DNA of 64,000 nucleotides from Azolla caroliniana (taxonomy: Eukaryota > Plantae > Polypodiophyta). Shown piece by piece: positions 42,589 through 53,725 of the stretch. The position numbers and the translations under genes are program-made. Each line of letters starts with the position of its first letter. The first letter of the stretch is position 1. The notes under the pieces are model-generated. The model did no database searches, was not told where the DNA came from, and worked only from the letters and a program-made list of their open reading frames with translations. Where the stretch lies: NCBI GenBank assembly GCA_043228905.1, contig JBHGNT010000020.1, positions 2,108,001 to 2,172,000 on the forward strand, in the 5' to 3' direction.

Positions 42589-45500
42589 TCACTCCATTAG
42601 GAGGTTTGGAACAAGCTGCTCTCCAAGATTAGCTGACAGTGATGTTGCATCAACATGTTCTGTCTCCTCAACTGAATCTTGTATATGATCAAAACCCGGT
42701 GCATCTTCAAGGTCAACAAGGTTGCCTCCTTCCTCATCTATAGGTTCCATCGGCTCTTTGGAAGCCATCTGAAACATCTCAATTTCGTTGATATGCTTTG
42801 CCCCAATCTCTTGGTCCTGGTCGGGACAATCCCATATGCCTTGGATCCTCATCTTAATAAAATTGACTTGGTCGGGGTCCTTTTCTAATTCGATGCAGTT
42901 CCTGAACAGTTTAAGAGCACATTTAGTCGTCGTTCCTAAATAAACAATCACACATACAAAAGTAAGAAAATAAGACAAGAAATAATTTTTAATTTTTAAA
43001 AAATTTGATGAAACTTATGAGATTTTATCTATTCTAGAAAATAAGTCGAGAACCCAATCATCAGGGTTCGAGAACAACTCGACCAATCGATTAATCAATT
43101 GTCGGGGCTTTTGATAAGGGTTTACTAAACTCTTATCGCCAGACACGTATCGTAATTTCTTCGTTACAGCTAGGCACATGATATAGTTGACAACGTCCCG
43201 CTCATTAACATGTGCCCGAGCCTTCTTCTTAGAATTTGTGTCGTAGTAGCCCACACACATGTGCTCCACAACGCTCACCATTCGATCACCTAGGGTACGA
43301 GTTATGTTCGTTTTAACCCTATTTTATAATTGAATCGAAACAAGTTAATAAACAAGTAATAAGAAACATAGAATCCATACATTAAATATATAGTAACATA
43401 ATGCTTACCAATGCATATGTTTGGTGGCATGGCATCTTGACTTCAATGCAGTCGTGACCGATAACGCCTGACCCATACTGTGAAATATAACAATGTGCCA
43501 TAATGGTGCAAGGGTCAGCTCTGCAAAGTCCTTAACCATCTTTTCTATTTGTGGATATTTGTATGGCACATCGTCGTATGTCGAGCCTGATATTTTGAAG
43601 CCATACGGTGTATCCGCCACGAGCAATGTATAATGTCTCTTGGGTAATATGTCAAGCATATTACCCACATCACCATTATATACACTATAATACAATGGTT
43701 TGGAAAGGATCGCTCTTGTGCAAAAAGCTTTTTACGGTGTCTAAGTTCTTAGGCACCTCGAGCTCCTTTCCTTTTGTCATCTGTTTCTTGTATTTAGCTC
43801 ATTCCAAATAGGTGATGAAGGCGCTAGGTATGCCTTCATTGTTGTCACTATTCTTCTTTGAACGGGGTGGTGTCTGTAATTATAAATTTTGTAAGAAGAA
43901 ACCCATTATCCAAAAATCAATTAATATTTGTAGAACATACATACCCATTCTCTAAACATAATAAAGAATTCTTCAAGAGCCTTGTAAGATGATGTTTTTG
44001 GGCAAGATTGCTCCACTTCTTCCCACGTAGGCAGGGACAATTTTTTCATCATCAGCTCTTGAATCTTCATATACACCTTATGGCTAAAAAACAAAAGAAA
44101 CTAAAATTAGAATAAAGAACAAATCAACAAAGCAATCAAATCAAAATGATACATGCACATAGATCACTCACTTTTGAAACTCTGTGACCATTTCGTCAAG
44201 GCTAAACTCCTTGGCGGCCACTCTTGATAATGTAGATATCAATAATCTATCATTCTTAATTCCTTGTAGTGACCGTCAAGGAAGTAGCTTCATATCTTCG
44301 GCTAACTCTTCAATTACTAAGTCACTTTTACGTGACTTAGATTTCATCTCCACCTATGGGTCAAGCTTAGCCTTCTTTGATCTTTGACCCTTTATTTCTT
44401 TATGCTCCCAAATACTAAAAATGCGATCTAGGAGGTTCCACACCTCCCATGTTATAAAGGCAAGTTGAAACCACAAGTCATATTTTCTCAGGCCTTCAGA
44501 CTTGGTGCTTTCGTCAACTGTTATCCCCACTTCAAGCAGACATTGTTGTCACAATCCAAGATGCAACCGAGTACCAAATTTTTGCAGCGCATCAAGGTAC
44601 TCATGATGGAAGAACCTGATGCGCTCGATACATGACATCTTTTGTCTATAGTCATTATCGTTGTTATGATCCCAAGCTAACAACTTGGCTTCTTCATGTA
44701 TAAGGCCTGCATACACTTTACATTCTAGATACTTGAAGAAAGGGGTAAGAGGATACTCCTTGACTAGTTGACGTCGAGCTTCACCAGAGTGGGATCCTCC
44801 AATCACATAGTATGTGTAGTCATCTGCCGAACTGTACTTGACGTCAGCAATAGTAGGGCATTGATCTCGGTCGACCATTATTAAGAATGGCACTACAGTC
44901 GCATGTGGATTAATCTTCATTTTGCTTTTTAAGTTCTGCACATGCATTGAATGTGGCTCTCTTATTTCTAGAGCCCATCTTCTTGTCTCTAGATCGATGG
45001 GTGGCCGTTGAATAGAGCAGATTGGTAAGTGAAATAATTGTCCTTTACGGACAAGCTTCGTCTTTACAATATTTTCTTTGATCCGGTTCTGTTCTGAGGT
45101 GAGTATCCCAGATGAAATGTGCCCCCCCTGGAGGAATAACTTCGAGCTCGACTTCTTCCTCCTCATCTTCTACGAACTCGAGGACCTTCGACTCGTCCTC
45201 TTCTGGTTGTTGTCTTTTCTTATACTTCTTATGTTCCGGTTTGGACTTCTTGGTAGACTTTGGTGGGGTTGTTGCTTGTGTGACCATCAACTCTCCCTTA
45301 ATGTACGGGTGCAAAGCAAGAATCAAGTTGTTTTTTGTCTGAACATCCTTTTTTAGGGCTTTAGGGTGGTAGGAGTCAGTTCTGAAATTATGTTCATCAA
45401 TCTTGACTCTGCGAACCCCCACCGAGCTATCAACATCGAAGAAGAGGTTCGATGAGTCGTTGTCTTCATATTTGATGTTCCGTACGTAGCCGTAGGTGAA

Positions 45501-46096
45501 TGTCTTTCCCACCTACAACTTGCCTTCACCTTCAGACTTTGCAAGAATAAGAAGGAGGTCCCCTTCTTCCTGGTGTAGATCAGTGTCCACTCCACATGGG
45601 GGTAGCTCTTCAGGCGAGACTCCCCACTCTTTTCGCCTAAAGTCTTCGTCGTGTTACCGAAAAAAGACTTTGAAGTGTCGTCACCTCTTGACTCGATAAA
45701 TGTTTTGCGAGAATCAGCTTTCATCATGGTGTCAGAAGGTCTTTTTGTTGGTGATGGAATTTTTAGTTTGAAGGATGACACCTTCTGTCGTGGCTCACTG
45801 AAAACAACAAGTCATGAGACAAGGATATAACAATAATCTTAATAATAAGCAATATAGACCTCTAAACTAAGGTAAAAATCAGCGAAAATCATATGTTTTT
45901 GTATAGAATGTCACATAAAAAACTTGAAGAAATAAACCAAAAAACAACCAAAAAAAAGACCAAATCTTATCTATTGATCATGAAAAGCCCATTTTTCAAA
46001 AAAGTTGAATAAAAAAAAGAATCTTTAAGGAATCTTTTTGGAATCTAAAATGTTGGGTTAGAAAACATACCTGGCAATTTTCTTTCCGTTGTTCAT
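42589..46096 (-). pseudogene. ParB-like domain + beta-class amino (N6A/N4C) DNA methyltransferase; exons 46096-46071, 45797-44172, 44083-43945, 43873-43409, 43318-43029, 42935-42589
   Basis: ParB-like YVIGGSHSGEARRQL...LAWDHN. MTase motifs in beta order: LLVADTPYG (43603-43614), W.K.N...VEH, NPYQKPRQLINRLVELFSNPDDWVLDLFS(RI)GTT..A.KLFRNCIELEKD. Exon phases are compatible. Frameshifts, stops and a GT>AT donor at 43028. Confidence 0.88.
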
Positions 46097-46437
46097 GTTG
46101 ATGGTGGAGATGTTGACTTGACTGGGGAGGCGAAAACTCGACGATGAACGTGATAATGAGAAATAGAAGATGACTTCCCTTTATATATTTTTTATTTTTT
46201 ATTTTAAAAAATATTTTTAATTATTTAAAAAAATAAATATGTTTTTGGACATGGTGCTTATTATAAAAGCAAACTTGTGCCTATTTTGGACATTGTTGTT
46301 GTGACTTAGCCTTGAGCAAAATTTCCTCAAAATCGAATGAAAATTCTTTGTTTTCTATTGAGCCCGTTATATTATCTGATAACTCGTTATTCTCAATCGA
46401 GGAATATAGCCTTGTTAATAATAAAAGGTGCCATGTT

Positions 46438-49004
46438 CATTATGCGTTGCCAGTAGGTGATTTGATGAGGGTATATGTAATTGATCGGTCATGCGTTATG
46501 TGTGGTTATGTACATGAGTCATCGCATCATGTATTTTGGGAATGTGTTGTCGCAAAAAAAATTTGGTTTAGAATTCTTAGGCTACAAGGTCGTAAGTATA
46601 GGTCGGGGATTTTTACGTGGGGTGCAGTCTTATGGGGAAGGTTAGATCAACAAATGACTTTCTATCATCATCATTATTCTTCTTTGACATTACGTGTCAC
46701 AAGTTTGCAGGTATATTATACTTCAACCTCCTTGCAGGGAATCAAGTTTTTCTGCCGTAGTCACGTCTGGCAAATTGTCTCCTCTTTGGCTTTATGGATT
46801 CTTTGGAAAGCTAGGTGCTCCAAGCTATACAATGATGAAAACACTCACATCGTGGATCAAGTTAAGTCTTTTTGGAACTTATTGGTACATACAGTTAAAG
46901 GTGAATATGATAGTTATAAGGGTTCTGGTCACGCAACTAATAAGAAAAGAATGAGAATTCATAAAGTTTGGTCGTCTATACCTATTATGTTGAATGAAGT
47001 TGCAGATGTCAAGTGGAACTATGTACTACCTCGGTGGTTATTCCCGCCACCGGCACCATCTTTAGTATAAATAACATGATATAATATACATGATTGTTGA
47101 TATTTTTGTCAGGATAAGTGATGTTGGTAGAAATCAAGGACATGTCAAGGCAAAACTTGGTGTCGATTAGCGAGAAGGCGAGATGGTTGTGGATGTAAGA
47201 AGCAATTTCTTATGAGTGATAATGATGAGTGTAGATGGTGTGGGGGTTGAAGAAGCATATTATCATGAGTTGGTGAGGGAATTTTTACATTAATTTGTTT
47301 GCGGTCTATATGGCAGGATGCTTGATGGAAGGAAATCAAGGACATGGCAAGCCAAAACTTGGTGCCCATTAGCGAGAAGGCGAGATGGTTGTTGTGGATG
47401 ATGCTTGATGGAAGGAAATCAAGGACATGACAAGCCAAAATTTGGTGCCGATTAGCGAGAAGGCGAGATGGTTGTTGTGGATGATGCTTGATGGAATTTG
47501 GTGGCATGGCACAGAGTGAAGAAGATTTTAGGTTTCATCTTAGGGAGTGCAACAAACAGGATAGTCTTCTAGTTGTTGTCATGTAGTTATTGTCTTTATA
47601 GAGTTAGTCATGACGAGAGGACGAGTGACGATGGTATGGGGGTTGAAACAATTATATGAGGGGATGAGGAAACATTTTATAATCACTTTGTTATTTTGTA
47701 TACAGGAATTTGGTGGTAATCAGCGAGATGGTTGATGTGGACTTAAGAAGCAAAATTGTTTTGAGGGATAAGGATGAGAGAAGATGGTGTGGGGGGTGAA
47801 GCAGAATATTATGAGTAGGTACAGGAATGGAACGTATGGTAGTCTCTAATGGTAGTCTTTGCCAGATTGCTACATGCATTGGAATACTTTGTGCTCTGGT
47901 AATTGGGCTTCCAATAGAAACTGTTCGTGGTTGTTGGAGGAATTGATTTTGGATATCCATCTTGCCTGCTGCAGTGCTCTTAGTTGGGATGGAGTTCTGT
48001 TCTAAGAGCCCGAAATGGTGAATTGGAGCAGCCATGTTTGTTTTGCAACAACTCTCTGGAATCAATGCTGTGTTTTATTTCTATTTATTTCTCCCCAACA
48101 ATATTTAGAAATGCTGGAATCTGTTCTGTTTTGTTCACAAGTGTTTATGTTGGGATTGTAGATCCAGACCTGACATATATGATTGGGAGACAGAGGACAT
48201 GGAATATGATGTGAAAGACAAGTTTTCTAAGGAGGTGTTATTATGTGGCTCATTTGGTGACATTGTCGCCTCCTCTCCTTCAAAGATGTTGGTCTTTGTG
48301 TGATTGAACCATCGAAAAAGCTGGATATTCGTAGATGTTGTTTATAGGTGGGCTATGGTCTTCAGTACATGCGACACAAAAGGCAAACATGAAGGAGTTC
48401 TGTTCTAAGAGCCCGAAATGGTCAATTGGAGCAGCCATGTTTGTTTTGCAACAACTCTCTAGAATCAATGTTGTTTTTTATTTCTCCCCAACAATATTCA
48501 GGAATGCTGTAATCAGTTCAGATTTGTTTGCAAGTGTTTAGGTTGGGATTGTGAATCTTCTTACAGATCCTCTGACCTGACATAGATGAGTGGGAAGACA
48601 GAGGACAGGGAATATCATGTAAAAGACAAGTTCTCTGAGGAGGTGTTATTATGTGGTTCATTTGGTGACATGGTCGCCCTCCTCTCCTTCAAAGTTGTTG
48701 GTCTTTGTGGGATTGAACCATCGAAAAGCTGGATACTCGTAGAAGGCGAACAAGAGGTTTTCAAACTACCAACTAGGGTGGAGAACTAGGTTGGTCATTG
48801 TTTTCGTTTTAGATGTGGTCTTCTACCTGGTAAAGATGTTAGTGACAAGGCCGAGTTAGCAGTATCTTGATAAATGCCAAAACTTATATTTGGTCTTGTT
48901 TTTGATAATATATATTTGTGGAGATGAAACAATATTATGTACTATTTGTATACTGCCTCTGGGCCTTTTATTAATACCAATGGAACATATGTTTTATGGA
49001 AAAA
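46438..49004 (+). mobile_element. 5'-truncated LINE insertion with long chimeric 3' region; 18-bp TSD AATAAAAGGTGCCATGTT
   Basis: TSD at 46420-46437 and 49005-49022. zf-RVT CVMCGYVHESSHHVFWEC..W and LWILWKARC, stop at 47070, short A run before the right TSD. Confidence 0.9.
47850..48560 (+). pseudogene. Intronless fragments of a plastidic-glucose-transporter-like (MFS sugar porter) gene, partly duplicated
   Basis: GSLCQIATCIGILCALVIGLP...WISILPAAVLLVGMEFCSKSPKW fused directly to IGAAMFVLQQLSGINAVFYF.SPTIF. A second copy starts near 48393. Confidence 0.8.
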
Positions 49005-49583
49005 AATAAAAGGTGCCATGTTAAGACCAATGACGATCAAGAGCAAAGCTCGACGTCAATTTTTTCAATAGAGCCATTCAACATAGGTAAAACAAGATAT
49101 ATTAAAGTAGATACAACTCATGTCGAGTCTAGTTTATCGAATGCTAACGAAGACTATATCAATAAACCTCTAAATTTTCAAAGAGTTCCTCGACAAGTGA
49201 GTGTTAAACGATATAATTTTTTGTGTTCGGATTGACAAATTTCAATTGACATATGCAAGATATGTTGTGGGAGCTTTGTCTATCAAAATTTGGAAAGGGA
49301 AACTTGTGGGGGTTGCGACAAAAGTATTTGTCTCGACGAACAAGATACATTCTTGATTGCCAATATGCAACTTGTAAAGGACCATCTGGCAATGTCGTGT
49401 TCTCAATAGGTGGAATATTACCTTTCACTTACTACGAAGAGTTGTCGAGTTGCTTTTAAAATTGCTTAGAGCATCGGGAACATGAGGCTACAGAGAATTC
49501 AACATCGATTACTAAAAGGGGTGGTGGGTACCTTTCAACAATATAGAATCTACATGTAAGGGTCTAATTGGGTGGCATGACGT

Positions 49584-52500
49584 TGTCGCGTTGTTACACG
49601 CGTGCGTGTGGAAGGGGCAGGATCATGGGGGTCTTGGACTAGGGAGTAGAGGAGAAAGAATAAGACACATAATAGAAGCTTAGCTCAAGCGGAGGTGAGA
49701 AAGAATAAGACAATAACATAGAATAGACGGGGCAAGATGCTCAACAAGTTAGCTTAAGAAAACGTAAACGCTTTACAATGGTGGCCGCCATGGCCGCACC
49801 AACGACTATGAGAAAACCCTAAAGGAAAACCCAAGAAGAAAACCCTAACCGAAACCCTAAAACCGAATAGGAAACCCTCGACCTAAGTGATATGCCTCTC
49901 TCCCTCAAAATAGGCAACCCCTCATAAGTGACCCCTCCCTTCCTTTTATAGCCCAAGGAGGGAGGGACCTTACAATGTGGGATAAAATTCCCCTCTTCTT
50001 TCTACACACCATTTCCTAGTATACACGTGCACATGTTGCACACCACCGATTTGCCCATTCCACCCCGGTTTCACACTATAGCCGGAAATCTTCACGACAT
50101 CCACCCCCCACCAAACCGCACATCCACCGGTATGTGCCAAGAAAGGAAAAGGGTGAGAGATTTCGGCGACGGTGATCAACCGGGTCTTTTGCCTTACCGA
50201 CACCCAACCGTCTTGCCGGTCCCTTGCCGATCCCAATCCGTCTTGCTGACTCCTTACCGGCCCCAACCCGCCGGCTCCATCTGATCCACCACATCCACCG
50301 CGTTTCCCCGAACCGTCGGCTCCATCCGATCCGCCATGTCTGGCGCACACACCTTCTTCTTCGACCGGCCAACCCGAACACCGTTGCCGATCCGGTCTCC
50401 CTTCCTTCGCTCACCGCGCATGTCCTCCGGTTAGACCCCCGATTACTTCGATTGCTCGCCGGGTGCCGCTCCTCGAGTATCGCATGTGTTCCACCTCCGG
50501 CTCGACCTTCTCTTCAGCCTGAACAACTCGTACTGACTCCCTTCGTTCTGCGCTCGGCTTCCGTAGGCACTTTTCGTGCGTCATTGTCGTCCATCGAATG
50601 CGCGCTCGTTCTTCGGTCCTTACGTGACCCCGTTCCGCGTTCCTTGCCTCCCCTTTGCCCGTCGCGCTCTCTCGCCGTAGAGTGTACCATCATCCCGACC
50701 TCCGTGTCGGTGTCCCACAAGGCTCTCGTTACCGCCTCGCCTTGACTTGTGCCCTCTTGGCCCGCTTGGCCTTGTATGCCCTCCGGGAAGCCGCCGCGTT
50801 TTCTCTTCCCGGTGTGTACCCCGTTGTTCTCCGCGCACCATCCTTCGCTCTCACCACCCATCCGCCGATCTCGGCACCTTACGGCTTCGTCTCTCGCCGC
50901 GTGCTTGCCTCTCAAAGGCTCGACCGGTCCGCCGTTGCCGGTCACTCGTTGCCGCTCTTCCGGGTGCATGCTTGCTTCTTGGCCCTTCGCTGGCTGTAGT
51001 GCATGCTCCGTTTTACGCCGTAGTGCGTACTTCTTATTACGCGCCTCGTCCGTCGTAGACCCTACCTCCGCGTCGGTCTCTTCGTTCGTCGTTGCCATCT
51101 TGGCCGTGCTCGTTCGTCTTCATGCACTGAGTACCTGTTCTAGTAGCCTCGTCCGTTCCGGTCTCTGACTCCTCGCCGCCACCCGTCGTCTCTCCGGTCT
51201 TATGTTGATCCACAACCGCCGAAATCTCAAGGATAGATGTGGAGGGCTCCTCTCGCTCTTGGCCTCCCACCGAGTCGTACTCCTCGCACATGCTTGGCCT
51301 CCTTCTCGCGCTCACCGGCTCCCACCGGGTGTCGTGGCTCGTTCGCCTCGACCTCCAATCATGCCGACTTAGCCTTCGCCCGGATCGGTCTCGGCCGATC
51401 GAGTTCCGGTTTGGTCGGCTCCCTTCCGTAATCGTGACCGGCCGGTACATGTTTGTCCGAACAAATCCGGCCTTGCCGGCTCTTCTCCGGTTCGGGCCTA
51501 GTTGACCGGACCCCACTCCAATCTTCTTCTGCGTCGTCTTCCGGTCGTGTCAGATTATCGACCGGTTCATCTTCCGGTCGGGTCGGTTCCCGACTCTCTC
51601 CTCTTTGCCGCTCTCGACCTCTCCGTCGGTCCTCTCGTACATGCCCGTTCCGGGCCTCGCATCCTCATCTTCGTACGTGCTCGCTCTAGGCCACGCCTCC
51701 TCACGGCCATCGCCCTTCTCTCCGGTCTTATGTTGGCATTCGAGCGCAACCGCCGTAGTCTCCGGCCTCGGTGTGGAGGGGTCTCTCCTCCATCCGCTAT
51801 GACCTTCCTCATTGTCGTTTCGATCATTCGCTCTACCGCCGCCACCTTCCGTCTCTTCGGTCTCACGTGGGCTTTCGGGGCCGACCACCGAAGTCTCTAG
51901 AATAGGTGTGGGAAAAGTCTCGGTACCATCACTCGCCGATGTCATGTTTGTAGCCACCTTTGCTCGGATGCTGTGGTTCGTGGCTATCTCATCCCCGGTT
52001 ACGCAAGCCTCGGTTATGCTTGCTACCTCCTTGTCCTCGTCCTCGTCTCGGTTGCCCGCCTTGCCGTCGCTACCGCCCGTCGCTCTAGGACTCCCGCTGG
52101 CACTCGGGCTGACTGCCGGAGCCTCTAGGACCGGTGTGGGTAAGGACTTGGCACCACCGCTCGTTGTGTCCGTAGCCGCCTCCGTCTGGACGTCATTGTC
52201 CGCGGCTACCCCGCTTCCGATCGCGCAAGCCTCGATTACGCTTGCCTCCGTCTCTTCCATGTCGTCGTCTCGGTTGCCCGCCTTGCCGCCGCCACCGCCC
52301 GTCGCTCTAGGTCTCACGCCGGCACTCGGGCCGACCGCCGGAGCCTCTAGGACCGGTGTGTGTAAGGTCACGGCACCTCCGCTTGTCTCCTCCCCACTCG
52401 ATGTTTCGGGCCGCCATGTCCCGAATCCGTAGTTACCGGCCTCCATGGCCGTCCCTTCACCGCAAGGCAAGAGGGTCGCTTGCTCCGCACCCTCTCCTAT

Positions 52501-53725
52501 GTCGCCGTCATACGCTCTCCCGGCCTCCGTATAGGCCCCTTCTTCTACATCTAGGGAGGCTTCTTCCTCCGCATCCTCCGATCGCCTCCGGCCCGACTCC
52601 ATAACAAGCCCTTCTTCGGCTCCGATTTTCGCCTTCACAAGCTCGCATGCCTCCCGTATTAGCACCTCTAGGTCGAGCTCCTCCGAACCGTTTTGCGTTA
52701 AGCTCTCTTCCGACGGTAGTGCGTACTCACTCGCTGCTCTCTCTTCTCCGCCGCTCGCGGGCCGTGTTGTGGCCGAACGCCTCGCATCATGTTGCCGGCA
52801 CACCCACTGATCGAACTCATGTCGACCTCTTCCTTCCGGTTCCGTGTACCCGTACGCCTCCAATAGGACTCCCTCAAAGGACACCCACGACTCATGAGCT
52901 TCTCGTAGCTCCTTGACCTCCTTGTGCACCGATACGACTGCCACTCGAGGAAAATACTCTAGCCGCATCACCTCGTCTACGCCCCCTTTCGCCATCTCGG
53001 CCTTGTAGGCTCCCAAAATTTTTAGGACCTCATTCCCATTGAACCGGCCGACTCGATCGACCACCCTTTCGACGACTTGTTGAGCCGCATCTCGCTTTGC
53101 CATCTTCCGTCCGGCTTCCATCATGATCTTTGCCATCATCTCCTCGAAGTCGAAGTCTTCTTCCATCTCCATGCTCCCTTGCCGCCCTTCACGTCGGGTT
53201 CACCAAAGATGTCACGTTGTTACGCGTGTGCATGTGGAAGGGGCAGGACCATGGGGGTCTTGGACTAGGGAATAGAGGAGAAAGAATAAGACACATAATA
53301 GAAGCTTAGCTCAAGAGGAGGTGAGAAAGAATAAGACAATAACATAGAATAGACGGGGCAAGATGCTCAAGAAGTTAGCTTAAGGAAACATAAACGCTTT
53401 ACAATGGTGGCCGCCATGGCCGCACCAACGACTATGAGAAAACCCTAAAGGAAAACCCAAGAAGAAAACCCTAACCGAAACCCTAAAACCTAATAGGAAA
53501 CCCTCGACCTAAGTGGTATGCCTCTCTCCCTCAAAATAGGCAACCCCTCATAAGTGACCCCTCCCTTCCTTTTATAGCCCAAGGAGGGAGGGACCTTACA
53601 ATGTGGGATAAAATTCCCCTCTTCTTTCTACACACCATTTCCTAGTATACACGTGCACATGTTGCACACCACCGATTTGCCCATTCCACCCCGATTTCAC
53701 ACTATAGCCGGAAATCTTCACGACA
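49584..53725 (-). mobile_element. Non-autonomous LTR retrotransposon; 516-bp LTRs at 49584-50099 and 53210-53725; tRNA-Trp PBS
   Basis: Near-identical TG...CA direct repeats (about 13 substitutions by eye), PBS tggtgaacccgacgtgaa (53205-53188), PPT ggtggggggtgga (50112-50100), flanks acgt/gcgt. Confidence 0.95.
51550..53172 (-). CDS. 540-aa gag-like ORF with three ~75-aa acidic/Gly-rich repeats
   Basis: Starts just after the PBS. N-terminus GRFNG..V...L..Y..EM...SW..F...L..AY looks like retrotransposon gag. Repeat TP(V/I)LE...GP at 222-228 bp spacing. Confidence 0.65.
   Translation of the reverse strand: MEMEEDFDFEEMMAKIMMEAGRKMAKRDAAQQVVERVVDRVGRFNGNEVLKILGAYKAEMAKGGVDEVMRLEYFPRVAVVSVHKEVKELREAHESWVSFEGVLLEAYGYTEPEGRGRHEFDQWVCRQHDARRSATTRPASGGEERAASEYALPSEESLTQNGSEELDLEVLIREACELVKAKIGAEEGLVMESGRRRSEDAEEEASLDVEEGAYTEAGRAYDGDIGEGAEQATLLPCGEGTAMEAGNYGFGTWRPETSSGEETSGGAVTLHTPVLEAPAVGPSAGVRPRATGGGGGKAGNRDDDMEETEASVIEACAIGSGVAADNDVQTEAATDTTSGGAKSLPTPVLEAPAVSPSASGSPRATGGSDGKAGNRDEDEDKEVASITEACVTGDEIATNHSIRAKVATNMTSASDGTETFPTPILETSVVGPESPRETEETEGGGGRANDRNDNEEGHSGWRRDPSTPRPETTAVALECQHKTGEKGDGREEAWPRASTYEDEDARPGTGMYERTDGEVESGKEERVGNRPDRKMNRSII

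Noticed and set aside
42589-46096. Bacterial contamination or a restriction-modification/partition operon
   Set aside because: The gene has phase-compatible spliceosomal introns, sits among plant retroelements, and has no ParA, restriction enzyme or operon structure nearby.
46312-47070. 252-aa ORF as a single gene
   Set aside because: It is a chance in-frame fusion across the LINE insertion point: the first ~42 codons belong to the interrupted gene and the rest is LINE zf-RVT.
47850-48560. Functional sugar transporter gene
   Set aside because: Only partial, internally deleted, stop-containing fragments inside a TSD-bounded LINE.
49812-49882. Interstitial telomere
   Set aside because: The motifs are dispersed, not a tandem TTTAGGG array, and are part of both LTRs.
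50027-52916. Many overlapping Arg/Pro/Ser-rich ORFs on both strands
   Set aside because: Expected by-products of GC-rich TE interior and antisense frames; no recognisable domains.
53188-53205. tRNA-Trp gene
   Set aside because: Only the 3' 18 nt including CCA, adjacent to an LTR; this is a primer-binding site.
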